Origin: Nanobdellota archaeon
GTDB lineage: Archaea > Nanobdellota > Nanobdellia > Woesearchaeales > GW2011-AR4
NCBI GenBank assembly: GCA_038046385.1
Contig: JBBSWH010000009.1
Coordinates: 32,001 to 96,000 of the forward strand
Length of the DNA: 64,000 bases
Direction of reading: 5' to 3'
Below the pieces are notes generated by a model. That model was not told where the DNA came from. It made no database searches and was given only the letters and a program-made list of their open reading frames with translations. The first letter of the stretch is position 1, and each line of letters starts with the position of its first letter. The position numbers and the translations under genes were made by a program. Shown piece after piece: positions 48,931-58,363 of the stretch.

Positions 48931-49587
48931 CTTCTCAATAATGAAATAAGCATGGCTGCATTCTATTATGCCGTTCTTTAATTTGAAAAATTTTCTGAAA
49001 CTCTCGCTTGCGTTTTCATGCTCTTTCAGAAGGCCCCAGACATTAAGGTTGATATTGAATTTTATTTTTCCTTCTTTTATTATTTTTACATCATTTTTTT
49101 TGAGGAGCAGGCTGCGCCACTCACTTTGCGTAAGGTACGACCTTTTTCCCTTGCTGCTCATCATTTTTTTATACTCTTCCGCAACTTCTTCAGGGAGATG
49201 GCTCACGCTTGCGACAATTTTTCCACGTGGCTTAAGCACCCTGATGAGCTCGCTATAAGCTTTTTCAGGATTTTCAAGCCTGTGCAAAACAGACCTGCAG
49301 AAAATTGCGTCAAAAACACTGTCCTTTATCATCCACAGGTCAAGTATGCTTGTCCTTAAGGTAGAGGCGTGATGCACCATTGCGTTTTTGCTTAGCATGG
49401 CCCAGTCATAGTCAATCTGCAGAACATCCTTCACTTTTGGCCTTACTTCTTCGGCTACATAGCCGCTGCCGCATCCTGCGTCAAGAACATAATTGTTTTT
49501 GTCAAGCTTAACAAGATTTACAAATTGCCGTATGTAATCTCTGTCTTTCATCCAGTCGTCGCTTTTTGAATAGTCTATTTTATCCAT
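48925..49587 (-). CDS. Class I SAM-dependent methyltransferase
   Basis: VLDAGCGSG, FD....SVLH and RVLKP.G motifs. ATG 49587 preferred over GTG 49608. Confidence 0.85.
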   Translation of the reverse strand: MDKIDYSKSDDWMKDRDYIRQFVNLVKLDKNNYVLDAGCGSGYVAEEVRPKVKDVLQIDYDWAMLSKNAMVHHASTLRTSILDLWMIKDSVFDAIFCRSVLHRLENPEKAYSELIRVLKPRGKIVASVSHLPEEVAEEYKKMMSSKGKRSYLTQSEWRSLLLKKNDVKIIKEGKIKFNINLNVWGLLKEHENASESFRKFFKLKNGIIECSHAYFIIEKL

Positions 49588-49613
49588 AGGTATCAGCCTG
49601 AAAAACACACAAT

Positions 49614-50735
49614 CTACTGCTCAGAATCCAGCAATCCCATTAAATAGTTTTCTATTTCAGGAAATTTTCCGATTAAGCTGATGTTTTCTTCCGGGTCATC
49701 TTCAAGATTGTAAAGCTCGTTTTTTCCGCTGGTTTCGTTGATTATAAGCTTCCATTTGCTGTTTCTTACGCACTTGACATTATGTTTTTCAGGAGACGGA
49801 GTTGGGCCCCCCAAGCCTCCTGTTTCGGAATACGATGTTCTTTCGTCTTTTTTGCCTTTTATCAGCGGAAGGAAAGTTTTTCCCTGCATTTTCATATAAT
49901 CTGATTTTTCTTTGATTCCAAGAGCATCAAGCAGCGTCGGCATTATGTCTATGCTTCTTACAAGGCCGTTTACTTCAAGCCCTTTTGTGAAGCCATTGCC
50001 GATGGCATATAAAAAGCACTTTATAGTATAATCATAAAGATATGAGCCGTAAGCCTTTTCCCCAACTTTGTCCCCTATGCTTGCCCCATGATCATTAAAA
50101 ACAATTATTATGGAATTTTCCCACAGCCCCAATTCTTTTATCTTATTGATTATCGATTTCAAATAAACCGCGCTTGCCTCAAGATATTTTATGTAGCTTT
50201 CCAGATTCTTATCCTTATTTTTGAAGTATTCCTCATCGAAATCGGTGTATTTTTTTATCACATTGCTGACAAGGCTTGTGTGCAGCTTGCTGTAGTCAAG
50301 GAAAAGATAAAAAGGAAGCTTGCCTTTTATTCTGGTTAGGATTTCCGAATGTCTTTCTACTAAGTCATCATTGAACTCGTCATGAACAGTCAGCTTGTCA
50401 AACCCCTGAGAAGGAACAGTGTCGCCGCGTATCAAATCACCTTCAGTATAGTATCCCTGTTCCTTTAAGTATTGAGGAAGCGTAAAGCATTCTTTCTTTT
50501 TGAAGCTGAATGCTTTGTAGTATCCGTCAACTCCGTTTTTATTTCCATATACTCCTGAGAATGTGGCGTGCAATGAGGCTATCGTGTAAGGCGCATAAGT
50601 TATCATCTGCGAGAAAAAAACACCTTCTTTTTTCAGCTCATTGTAGTAAGGCACTTTTTCTAAAGTGTTGTGCCTTGCCCCGTCCATCAGTATCATTATT
50701 ACATTGGGCCTTTTTCTTTTCAAAAAACTGAGCAT
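49614..50735 (-). CDS. Sulfatase-like hydrolase/transferase (alkaline phosphatase superfamily)
   Basis: PNVIMILMDG.R, APYTIAS (Thr nucleophile position), NDHG, DIMPTLLD and ELYNL..DPEE motifs. Confidence 0.85.
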   Translation of the reverse strand: MLSFLKRKRPNVIMILMDGARHNTLEKVPYYNELKKEGVFFSQMITYAPYTIASLHATFSGVYGNKNGVDGYYKAFSFKKKECFTLPQYLKEQGYYTEGDLIRGDTVPSQGFDKLTVHDEFNDDLVERHSEILTRIKGKLPFYLFLDYSKLHTSLVSNVIKKYTDFDEEYFKNKDKNLESYIKYLEASAVYLKSIINKIKELGLWENSIIIVFNDHGASIGDKVGEKAYGSYLYDYTIKCFLYAIGNGFTKGLEVNGLVRSIDIMPTLLDALGIKEKSDYMKMQGKTFLPLIKGKKDERTSYSETGGLGGPTPSPEKHNVKCVRNSKWKLIINETSGKNELYNLEDDPEENISLIGKFPEIENYLMGLLDSEQ

Positions 50736-50772
50736 AAGAAAGATTAATATCTGTAATTTATAAATTTATCAG

Positions 50773-52104
50773 TCAGTCCATATATCCGAGGCTGCGCAGC
50801 AGCTTTTTTGACTTTTCTGTCAAGTCAGGCTCGTTCCCATCTGATTTTTCATTACGCATCCATGCCTGAAGGCCTGCTTTGAGCGCATCTGCCTTTTCCT
50901 TTTCCGCATCTATCATATTTTTTGTTTCATCAGGATCTTCTTTTATGTTGTAAAGCTCGAAAATGCTGTTTTCGGGATGCGGTATGCAAATCAGCTTCCA
51001 CTCATTGGACCTTATCATGCGCCATTTGCCCTTTATGCCGTCTATGTAATGCCTGCTATTATCCTTAAAGTAGCTTATCCCCCCTTCTGCATACGAGAGC
51101 TTTCTCCATTCTGACTTCTCGGCGCATTTTACCAGACTTTTGCCGTCAATCTTGTCTATGAGCGGCATCTTCAGAATATCCAATATTGTTGGCATTATGT
51201 CGGTGGACTGCACCTGGAAATCATACCTCGAATCGGGAAGAATCTTTTTGCTGAATATCAGCGGGACTTTCAGCTCTGCGTCATATGCATAGTCTCCATG
51301 GCTGAAGTAAATATTATGCTCCCCTAGAGACTCGCCGTGGTCTGAAGTGACAATTATCAGGGTCTCATCAATCAGCTTCTTTTTTTCAAGGTGGCTGATT
51401 ATCCGGCCTATCTGGAAATCAATATACCTTAAGGCGCCGTCGTAATGGGATATTGCATGCGTTATCTCCTTTTGTGAAAGATTGTTCCTGAAAATCAAGT
51501 CGCTTCTCCTGATTTTTTTAAGGTTCATGAAGATATGCTCTCCAGTATACTCCTTATCAAACATTTTACTGTAAGGGTGTTCTACATCATAGGGCCAATG
51601 CGCGTCTACATAATGCAGATAAAGAAAAAAATTCTTGCCTTTTGCTTCATTTATCTTTTTCACTGCAAAATTCGTCAGGGCTTTTCCAGTGCCTTCTTTA
51701 TGCTTCCACTTCACTGCCTTTATCATTGACCTTCTTATCTTGTTGATTATTTTCCATGACAGCGGATTAAAAGAATCAAATCCTTTTTCTAATCCGGAAT
51801 TCCTTATATCTATTGAATGGCCAGAAGTCTTATATCCATGGGATTTCAGTATTTCCTGCAATGTTGATACAGAAGGCTTCAGCCTGTCAGTGTACAGCTC
51901 TCTTATTCCATGGGAATGCGGATAAAGTCCCGTGAGAATCGAGGCCACTGAAGGGGTTGTTCTTGGTATTGTTGCCATGCAATTCGGAAAAATGACGCCA
52001 TTTTTTGCAAGCCCGTCTATGTTTGGAGTCGTATCTCTTTTGTACCCGTTTATGCCAAGATGATCCGACCTAAGGCAATCGACAACTATTAAAATTACAT
52101 TCAT
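50773..52104 (-). CDS. Sulfatase-like hydrolase/transferase (alkaline phosphatase superfamily)
   Basis: VILIVVDCLR.DHL, PRTTPSVASILTG, SDHGE, DIMPTILD and L.SLGY motifs. Confidence 0.88.
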   Translation of the reverse strand: MNVILIVVDCLRSDHLGINGYKRDTTPNIDGLAKNGVIFPNCMATIPRTTPSVASILTGLYPHSHGIRELYTDRLKPSVSTLQEILKSHGYKTSGHSIDIRNSGLEKGFDSFNPLSWKIINKIRRSMIKAVKWKHKEGTGKALTNFAVKKINEAKGKNFFLYLHYVDAHWPYDVEHPYSKMFDKEYTGEHIFMNLKKIRRSDLIFRNNLSQKEITHAISHYDGALRYIDFQIGRIISHLEKKKLIDETLIIVTSDHGESLGEHNIYFSHGDYAYDAELKVPLIFSKKILPDSRYDFQVQSTDIMPTILDILKMPLIDKIDGKSLVKCAEKSEWRKLSYAEGGISYFKDNSRHYIDGIKGKWRMIRSNEWKLICIPHPENSIFELYNIKEDPDETKNMIDAEKEKADALKAGLQAWMRNEKSDGNEPDLTEKSKKLLRSLGYMD

Positions 52105-52208
52105 TCTGCCTGTATACTCCTGATAGATATAAATATCTTGTGAAACATCATCTCACAAAACTTTATAAACGCCTATCATTACTCTTTAATATTTAGTATA
52201 AGAATAAA

Positions 52209-54215
52209 ATGGAAAGAAACGTAAATAAGGCTGTGCCAAAGATTCTTCTTGTGGGGGTAGGGGCATTTGGGAAAAATCATCTTAAAGTATTGCAAAAATT
52301 TGAAAATAACGGAGAAGTTATTATTTTTGGAGCAGTTACGTTAACAGAAGAATCCAAAAAGAATATTGAAAAAGAATACGGAATTCCCGTCTACACTCAA
52401 GTTTCACCTGAAATTCTTAGGCAAGTTGATGCAGTCGATATAGTTACGCCATATCCTACTCATTTTGAAATTGCAAAAAAATGCCTAAATTATGCTGATG
52501 TGATTATAGAAAAGCCACTAGCTTCCAATTCAGTTGATGCTGAAAATCTGGCCCAAATTGCGGAAAAAAATAATAGAATACTAATGGTTGCCCATATCTA
52601 CAGATTTCATCCAGTTGTCAAAAAAATCAAGTCCATCATTTCAGATTCAAATGATAAGCCTTATATGATAAAAGGGTCATTCATCAATCCTGTTAGCAAT
52701 GACAGGGGGAGGGAAATTTTATTAGAGCTTTCTCATTACTTTGATGTTATTGATTATTTCTTCGAAGATGCTCCCGATATTGTTTGGACTCAGGCTAAAA
52801 AAAGGGTAAACATAGTGAGTCTCAGATATCCTAACAAAACTGATTGTATATTCAATTTAGGCTGGGAAGATAATAAAAAAATCAGGACGTTAGATTTATA
52901 TTTTTCAGATAGGACCATTAAATGCAATCTTCATGACAATAAGATCCTAGTCATAGGTTCGGATTCTATAAAAGAGATTCCAGTAGAAATGACTAAAGAA
53001 CCATTGGAGGAAGAATTATCTACTTTTTTAAGGGCGATAAGGGAAAGGAATATTGATTATCCTGACGGTAAAATTGGGTCAAGAATAGTAAAAATAGCAG
53101 AAAAAGCTAAATTGCTTGTCAATCATAACCGGCCTAAGGTCGCAATTATAGGGGCAGGATTGTTCGGTACTAATTGTGCTATTGAAATGGATAAATACTG
53201 TGATGTGACTATTTTTGAAAGAAATAAAGATATCATGATGGAAGCATCTTATGTAAACCAGTATCGTCACCATTGGGGTTATCACTATCCAAGGAGCGTT
53301 GAGACAGTAAAAGACATCAGAAAGGCAATTCCAAGTTTCGAATCTCTTTATAATGACGCAATTGTTAGAAATTTTCCAACTTATTATAGTGTTGCTAAAG
53401 AAGGATCCAAAACCTCTTCTAAGGATTATTTGGAATTTTGCAGAAAAAATGAATTGCCGTTTACTGAGGAATTTCCCGATTCAAAATACCTTAACAGGGA
53501 CAAAATAGATGCCTGCATAAAGACTTTTGAGCCTATTTATGATTTCGATAAGTTGAAGGATATGGTACAGGGGTATTTATCTTCAAGTAAAAATGTGAAA
53601 ATCAGAGTCAATAGTAATGTAATCGGCGCAAGCATAGAAAAAAATGGTAAAAAAAAGATAGTCATCAGTTGCAATGACGGTGCCAAAGAAGAATATTTCG
53701 ATTATATCATTAATACAACATATGGCAATCATAACCAACTTTGCTATTGGTTGAATTTTCATATGAAGCCAATCCGCATAGATCTCGTCGAGGCATTGGT
53801 TGTTAAATTACCAATACCCAAGATTTCTCTAGCAGTTATGGATGGACCATTTACTAATCTTGTTCCCATAAAACACTCAAACACATTTACTTTAGTCCAC
53901 ATCAAAGAATCCATCCATCAGAGATATGTTCCAAAGAACGGATTGCCAGACGAAGTTATTAATCCACAGAGCAGGAAAAAGGAAATTATGGAAAAAAGCG
54001 AGGAATGGTTCCCCATTCTTAAAGATGCAGAGATTATAGAGTCTCGCTATGTATTTAGGGCAGTCAATGCTTACAGGGAATTTGATGATGCCAGACCGTC
54101 AGACATAACCAATCATGGATTTGGATGCTGGTCCATATTAGGTGGAAAGATTGTTAATTGCGTATATATAGCTAAGGAACTCGCTGAAGAGATTTTTTCA
54201 AATACTAATGTTTAA
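52209..54215 (+). CDS. Fusion of a Gfo/Idh/MocA oxidoreductase and an FAD-dependent oxidoreductase
   Basis: N-half has VGVGAFG.NH, EKP and H..RF.P. C-half has IIGAGLFG, ASYVNQYRHHWGYHYPRS, VMDGPF, D.RP and GGKI. Confidence 0.8.
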   Translation: MERNVNKAVPKILLVGVGAFGKNHLKVLQKFENNGEVIIFGAVTLTEESKKNIEKEYGIPVYTQVSPEILRQVDAVDIVTPYPTHFEIAKKCLNYADVIIEKPLASNSVDAENLAQIAEKNNRILMVAHIYRFHPVVKKIKSIISDSNDKPYMIKGSFINPVSNDRGREILLELSHYFDVIDYFFEDAPDIVWTQAKKRVNIVSLRYPNKTDCIFNLGWEDNKKIRTLDLYFSDRTIKCNLHDNKILVIGSDSIKEIPVEMTKEPLEEELSTFLRAIRERNIDYPDGKIGSRIVKIAEKAKLLVNHNRPKVAIIGAGLFGTNCAIEMDKYCDVTIFERNKDIMMEASYVNQYRHHWGYHYPRSVETVKDIRKAIPSFESLYNDAIVRNFPTYYSVAKEGSKTSSKDYLEFCRKNELPFTEEFPDSKYLNRDKIDACIKTFEPIYDFDKLKDMVQGYLSSSKNVKIRVNSNVIGASIEKNGKKKIVISCNDGAKEEYFDYIINTTYGNHNQLCYWLNFHMKPIRIDLVEALVVKLPIPKISLAVMDGPFTNLVPIKHSNTFTLVHIKESIHQRYVPKNGLPDEVINPQSRKKEIMEKSEEWFPILKDAEIIESRYVFRAVNAYREFDDARPSDITNHGFGCWSILGGKIVNCVYIAKELAEEIFSNTNV

Positions 54216-54262
54216 GAATAATGTTAATTTATCACGTCTCCAATAAAAATTAGCGGTTCATA

Positions 54263-55528
54263 ATGGTCAAAAAAAAAATCAAGCTCCTAATCGTCTCGTC
54301 TGCCTTTCCTACTAAATTCAATCCTTTGGCAGCACCATGGATTATCAATCAGTTAAGAGAACTAAAAAAATATTGTGAGGTGAAAGTGCTGTTTCCCTAT
54401 CCTTATGCACCAAAAATAAAATTCTTGAACCCGTATTATAAATATTCTACAATAAAGCATAAGGATTATGTGGATGGCATAGAAGTTTACTATCCAAAAT
54501 GTTTTATGTTCCCAAGAATCCTATTTGTACCTAGTTTTCTAAATTTTTTCTTGAGCCTTGAGGCATTTATTTCATATTTTTCTACCAAAAAAACTGTGGA
54601 TAATCTAATGGAAGATTGGAACCCTGACATAATAAACTTACATGGATTGCTTGGAGACGGACTCATAGGGATTAGAATCAAAAACAAGTACAAAAAGCCT
54701 GTTCTGTTGACAATACATGGCGAGGATATGACAAAATATGCACAAAAAATGTTTTCCAAAATGTTAAGCAAATACACTCTTAGTAATGTTGATGCTATAA
54801 ACAGCCAGAGCAATTTCTTAAAAAATATTGCTAAAAAATTAGATATAGGGGACAAAAAAATCTATCTGATACCTATGGGGGCCGATATAGCAAAATTCAG
54901 GCCAAGGAACACTTCAAAATCAAGAAAAATTTTGGGCCTGCCCCAAAATAAAAAAATAATTCTTTTTATCGGTCACTTAATTATAAGAAAATCACCAGAG
55001 TACCTCATTAAGGCAATGAGCCACGTTATCAAGGATAGGGATGATGTCTTATGCTGCTTGATAGGGGAAGGTACAATGAAAAACGATTTGATAAAATTAG
55101 TATCTCAGTTGAGGATTGAGCCATGGATAAGGTTTTTAGGGCAAATGCCTAACAAGGAAGTTGCTATCTATTTAGATGCATGCGACATTCTGGTTTTACC
55201 TAGCTTAAATGAAGGACTCCCGGTTGTCCTGTGCGAGGCTCTGGCTTGCGGAAAACCTGTTGTTGCTTCTAATGTTGCAGCTATCCCCGAGTTAATCAAT
55301 AAAGATGTGGGATACCTGTCAATGCCCAAGAATGATGTAGACCTAGCAAAAAAGATAAATTTGGCATTGAACAAGAAATGGGATAAAAACAAGATAATAA
55401 AAAGAAGTAAAAGAGTCAGTGTCCCAAATTCTGCAAAAAAATTAGTGAAAGCTTATGAATATATGATCAAAAAAAATAAAATTAAACATTTAGGTATCCC
55501 TGTTGATGCTATAAATAAAAAAGAATAA
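54263..55528 (+). CDS. GT4 glycosyltransferase
   Basis: TIHGED, FIGHL..RK and LPSLNEGLPVVLCEALACG motifs. Confidence 0.9.
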   Translation: MVKKKIKLLIVSSAFPTKFNPLAAPWIINQLRELKKYCEVKVLFPYPYAPKIKFLNPYYKYSTIKHKDYVDGIEVYYPKCFMFPRILFVPSFLNFFLSLEAFISYFSTKKTVDNLMEDWNPDIINLHGLLGDGLIGIRIKNKYKKPVLLTIHGEDMTKYAQKMFSKMLSKYTLSNVDAINSQSNFLKNIAKKLDIGDKKIYLIPMGADIAKFRPRNTSKSRKILGLPQNKKIILFIGHLIIRKSPEYLIKAMSHVIKDRDDVLCCLIGEGTMKNDLIKLVSQLRIEPWIRFLGQMPNKEVAIYLDACDILVLPSLNEGLPVVLCEALACGKPVVASNVAAIPELINKDVGYLSMPKNDVDLAKKINLALNKKWDKNKIIKRSKRVSVPNSAKKLVKAYEYMIKKNKIKHLGIPVDAINKKE

Positions 55529-55752
55529 TCTATATATATCATCCTAACATATTCCATGAGATTTCACGCCCGATACCCGCGAACCAAGAATAGCAAATAC
55601 CAATTCACATCTTTTTTTGAATACGCAATAACCTCAATCTTTCTAATATTTTGAATTATAGCAAATCACACTAATATTCGTATGTTTTATTGTGGTTTGC
55701 TTATTAGGAAATAACGAATATATCCGAAAATTAAAGTCATTTCCTATAAGTA

Positions 55753-57564
55753 TCAAACTTTGAGTATTACTGCCCCATTATTCTGGAACACTGGCCTGTA
55801 CAAGCCTGACTCGCCAAACCCTTTTAGCTTGCTGTTTGTTTCTTCCGCGCCAAAATATTTCATGGTTTGCCCGTCTATTATAATATATTCATAAGAATGC
55901 GATTTCAGCCAATCGTGTGTCTGTTGCGCACTCTGGTTAAATCCGGTTTTCATATAACTCCGTATATCCTGGCACCAATGGCAGTTGTACATGTCCATGC
56001 CTATGATAGGGCCGTCGTTCCAGTATGTAAAAACCTGCGAGTTTTTCGGAAGATTCTGATACATCCATATGTACGCACCTACCTCCTCTCCTGAAGTCCA
56101 GAAAGCGCCAGGAGGCCACTGTGCTGTGTTAACTGCAATCTTCTGCTGGCCCGATGTAAAATACACGCCAACAATAATCAAAATTAATAAAATATATTTT
56201 CCAGCATTTCCAGATATTTTTTTTGCAATGCCCATGATGCCTGAAGCGCCTTCTGCTGCCAGCATGCAGACAGGAATAGCAAGCAGCATCCAGGCCCTGA
56301 AAGGCGAGATTTTTATTGGAAGCTTTGTTGCATTGACAGCATAAAAGGTAAGTATAAACCATGCAAGAACAACAGCAAGCCAGTATTTTTCATCCCCTTT
56401 GGCTGACAGCTTTAAAAACAGGAAAACAAGGCCAATTATCGTTAGAATTGACAAAACAAACCCTATTCCCACAGGGTTATTTATCATATTTTGGCTCTGG
56501 GCAAAAAGAAAATCTCTGACAGTATAAACCCTGTCGCCGGTTCCGCCCACGCTAAATGCCCCGGTCCCTGCGCTCACAAGGATTCCAAGCCCCTTTAAAG
56601 TTCCGAAAAACCCATGCTGCTTTATCATTGGCAGCCACCAAAATGCAAATGAAACAGCAACTCCCATGATTCCGGCCAGCCACTCATAAAGGGCAAGTTT
56701 TCTCTGGGATATCATTTTCGCAGCAATGTAAAACACAAAAAATAATCCAAAGTAAGTGCTGTGGGTGGGAGTTGCAGTGAACGGAGTTGCCATAACCAAT
56801 CCGGCTATTATCCACCATTTTTTGTCGTGCTTGATTCTTTCAAGAGCATAAAAGGCAACAAAATACAGCGGAACTGCAATGGAAATTGCCCATATGAAAT
56901 GCGACATGAATGCGGGTATTGAAACAAGCGCAAATGCAGCAAACAATGCCTTGTCTTTGCTCCCTGAAATTTCTTTTACAAAAAAGTAGAAGAAAATTGT
57001 GCTAAGCGATATAATCAGGGCATTGAAGAATTTGATAGTCCAGTAAACAGAGTCGTTTGTCTGGTGCAGAATGCCAAGCAATATATCATAAGTTGGAGGG
57101 TATGGGTTTATGTAACTGACATAATCGGTTTCTTTGTCAAAGACATTAAGATTCATTGAAACATACTTGACTCCGAATGCGTGGGCCCACGAATCGTCGT
57201 CTTCAAGGTAAGGGTAGCTGAAGGCGCCGGACATATAAACATACAAATTCACTGCAAATAAAAGAAGCATTGCAAAAATGTAAAGGTCACTTTTGGTCAA
57301 TTTAACTGAAAAACTGAAATTTTTATAATTCTTTATAAGATAATAGGCAGGATAGGCTGCGCTCAGCAAAAAAATTATTCTCCAGTCTGCAGGTATTCTT
57401 ATTATATTGAGGATAATCCCAAGAAATGGCATGAAAGAAAGCCCGAAACCGAGCCTCATTAGGTTCCTTTCCAGAAAATTGTCTGAATTTTTTGCAAATG
57501 CTGACAACGTAAAACCTAGCAAAAATGTGCAGGCAAAGAACAATGCTATTGTTAAAAGATACAT
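55753..57564 (-). CDS. GT-C-like polytopic membrane protein with a fused N-terminal small-TM module
   Basis: N-terminal FLLGF...NFLERNLMRLGFGLS resembles the 9841/13515 proteins, followed by YPYLEDDDSWAHA...PYPP as in the 8205/13831 proteins. Confidence 0.62.
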   Translation of the reverse strand: MYLLTIALFFACTFLLGFTLSAFAKNSDNFLERNLMRLGFGLSFMPFLGIILNIIRIPADWRIIFLLSAAYPAYYLIKNYKNFSFSVKLTKSDLYIFAMLLLFAVNLYVYMSGAFSYPYLEDDDSWAHAFGVKYVSMNLNVFDKETDYVSYINPYPPTYDILLGILHQTNDSVYWTIKFFNALIISLSTIFFYFFVKEISGSKDKALFAAFALVSIPAFMSHFIWAISIAVPLYFVAFYALERIKHDKKWWIIAGLVMATPFTATPTHSTYFGLFFVFYIAAKMISQRKLALYEWLAGIMGVAVSFAFWWLPMIKQHGFFGTLKGLGILVSAGTGAFSVGGTGDRVYTVRDFLFAQSQNMINNPVGIGFVLSILTIIGLVFLFLKLSAKGDEKYWLAVVLAWFILTFYAVNATKLPIKISPFRAWMLLAIPVCMLAAEGASGIMGIAKKISGNAGKYILLILIIVGVYFTSGQQKIAVNTAQWPPGAFWTSGEEVGAYIWMYQNLPKNSQVFTYWNDGPIIGMDMYNCHWCQDIRSYMKTGFNQSAQQTHDWLKSHSYEYIIIDGQTMKYFGAEETNSKLKGFGESGLYRPVFQNNGAVILKV

Positions 57565-57638
57565 TGGATTAGGTGTAAATTATCGCTTATTTAAATATTA
57601 CCAATAATTTTTTAAATGTACGTTAAATTAGCAGTAGA

Positions 57639-58334
57639 ATGAAAAAACTCTCTGTTATAATTCCGGCTTATAATGAGGCAGGAACAATAGCCGATGTAAT
57701 CAGGAAGGTAAAGAACGCAAAACTGGAAAATATATCCAAGGAGATAATAATAGTTGATGATGCATCTACAGACGGCACGGAAAAAATACTGGCAAAAATA
57801 AAAGACCCTTCAATAAAAATAATCAGGCATAAGAATAACTTGGGGAAAGGAGCTGCAATAAGGACAGCATTAAAGCATGTCACCGGAGATATGGTTATTG
57901 TGCAGGATGCAGACCTTGAATACAACCCGAATGAATATCAGTCCCTACTGCAGCCGATAATTGAAAAAAAAGCCAAAGTTGTTTACGGCTCAAGGCTGCT
58001 TGGCAAAAAAAAATCAAGATACTCAAAATGGGCTTACTACATTGCAGGACGGTCGCTGACATTCATAACAAACACGCTTTATGGAACAAAAATAACTGAC
58101 GAGCCCTGCGGCTACAAGGTTTTTGACACCAAAACAATAAAAAGCATCAAGCTTGAGTGCAACAGGTTTGAATTTTGCCCTGAAATAACGGCAAAAATAG
58201 CAAAAAATAAGATACCTATTTATGAAGTGCCTGCATCATACAATCCAAGATCAAGGGAAGAAGGAAAGAAAATAAGGTTCAGGGACTGGCTAGAAGCAGT
58301 CTATACACTGATAAAATACAGGTTTTTTGACTGA
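57639..58334 (+). CDS. GT2 glycosyltransferase (DPM1-like)
   Basis: IIPAYNE, QDADLEYNP, FEFCPEITAK and REEGKKI motifs. Shares a 28-nt identical stretch (57978-58005) with 4632-4659. Confidence 0.9.
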   Translation: MKKLSVIIPAYNEAGTIADVIRKVKNAKLENISKEIIIVDDASTDGTEKILAKIKDPSIKIIRHKNNLGKGAAIRTALKHVTGDMVIVQDADLEYNPNEYQSLLQPIIEKKAKVVYGSRLLGKKKSRYSKWAYYIAGRSLTFITNTLYGTKITDEPCGYKVFDTKTIKSIKLECNRFEFCPEITAKIAKNKIPIYEVPASYNPRSREEGKKIRFRDWLEAVYTLIKYRFFD

Positions 58335-58363
58335 GCATACGCTTAACAAAAAAGTTCCTAAAA

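Noticed and set aside
54269-54278. A10 tract just after the GT4 start as a phase-variation switch
   Set aside because: A8-A10 runs are frequent in this Lys-rich, AT-rich sequence and the frame is intact. There is no supporting evidence without reads.
55529-55752. Possible gene remnant in the AT-rich gap
   Set aside because: Only short open stretches (for example minus-strand IQNIRKIEVIAYSKKDVNWYLLFL) with no recognisable family. No feature can be supported.
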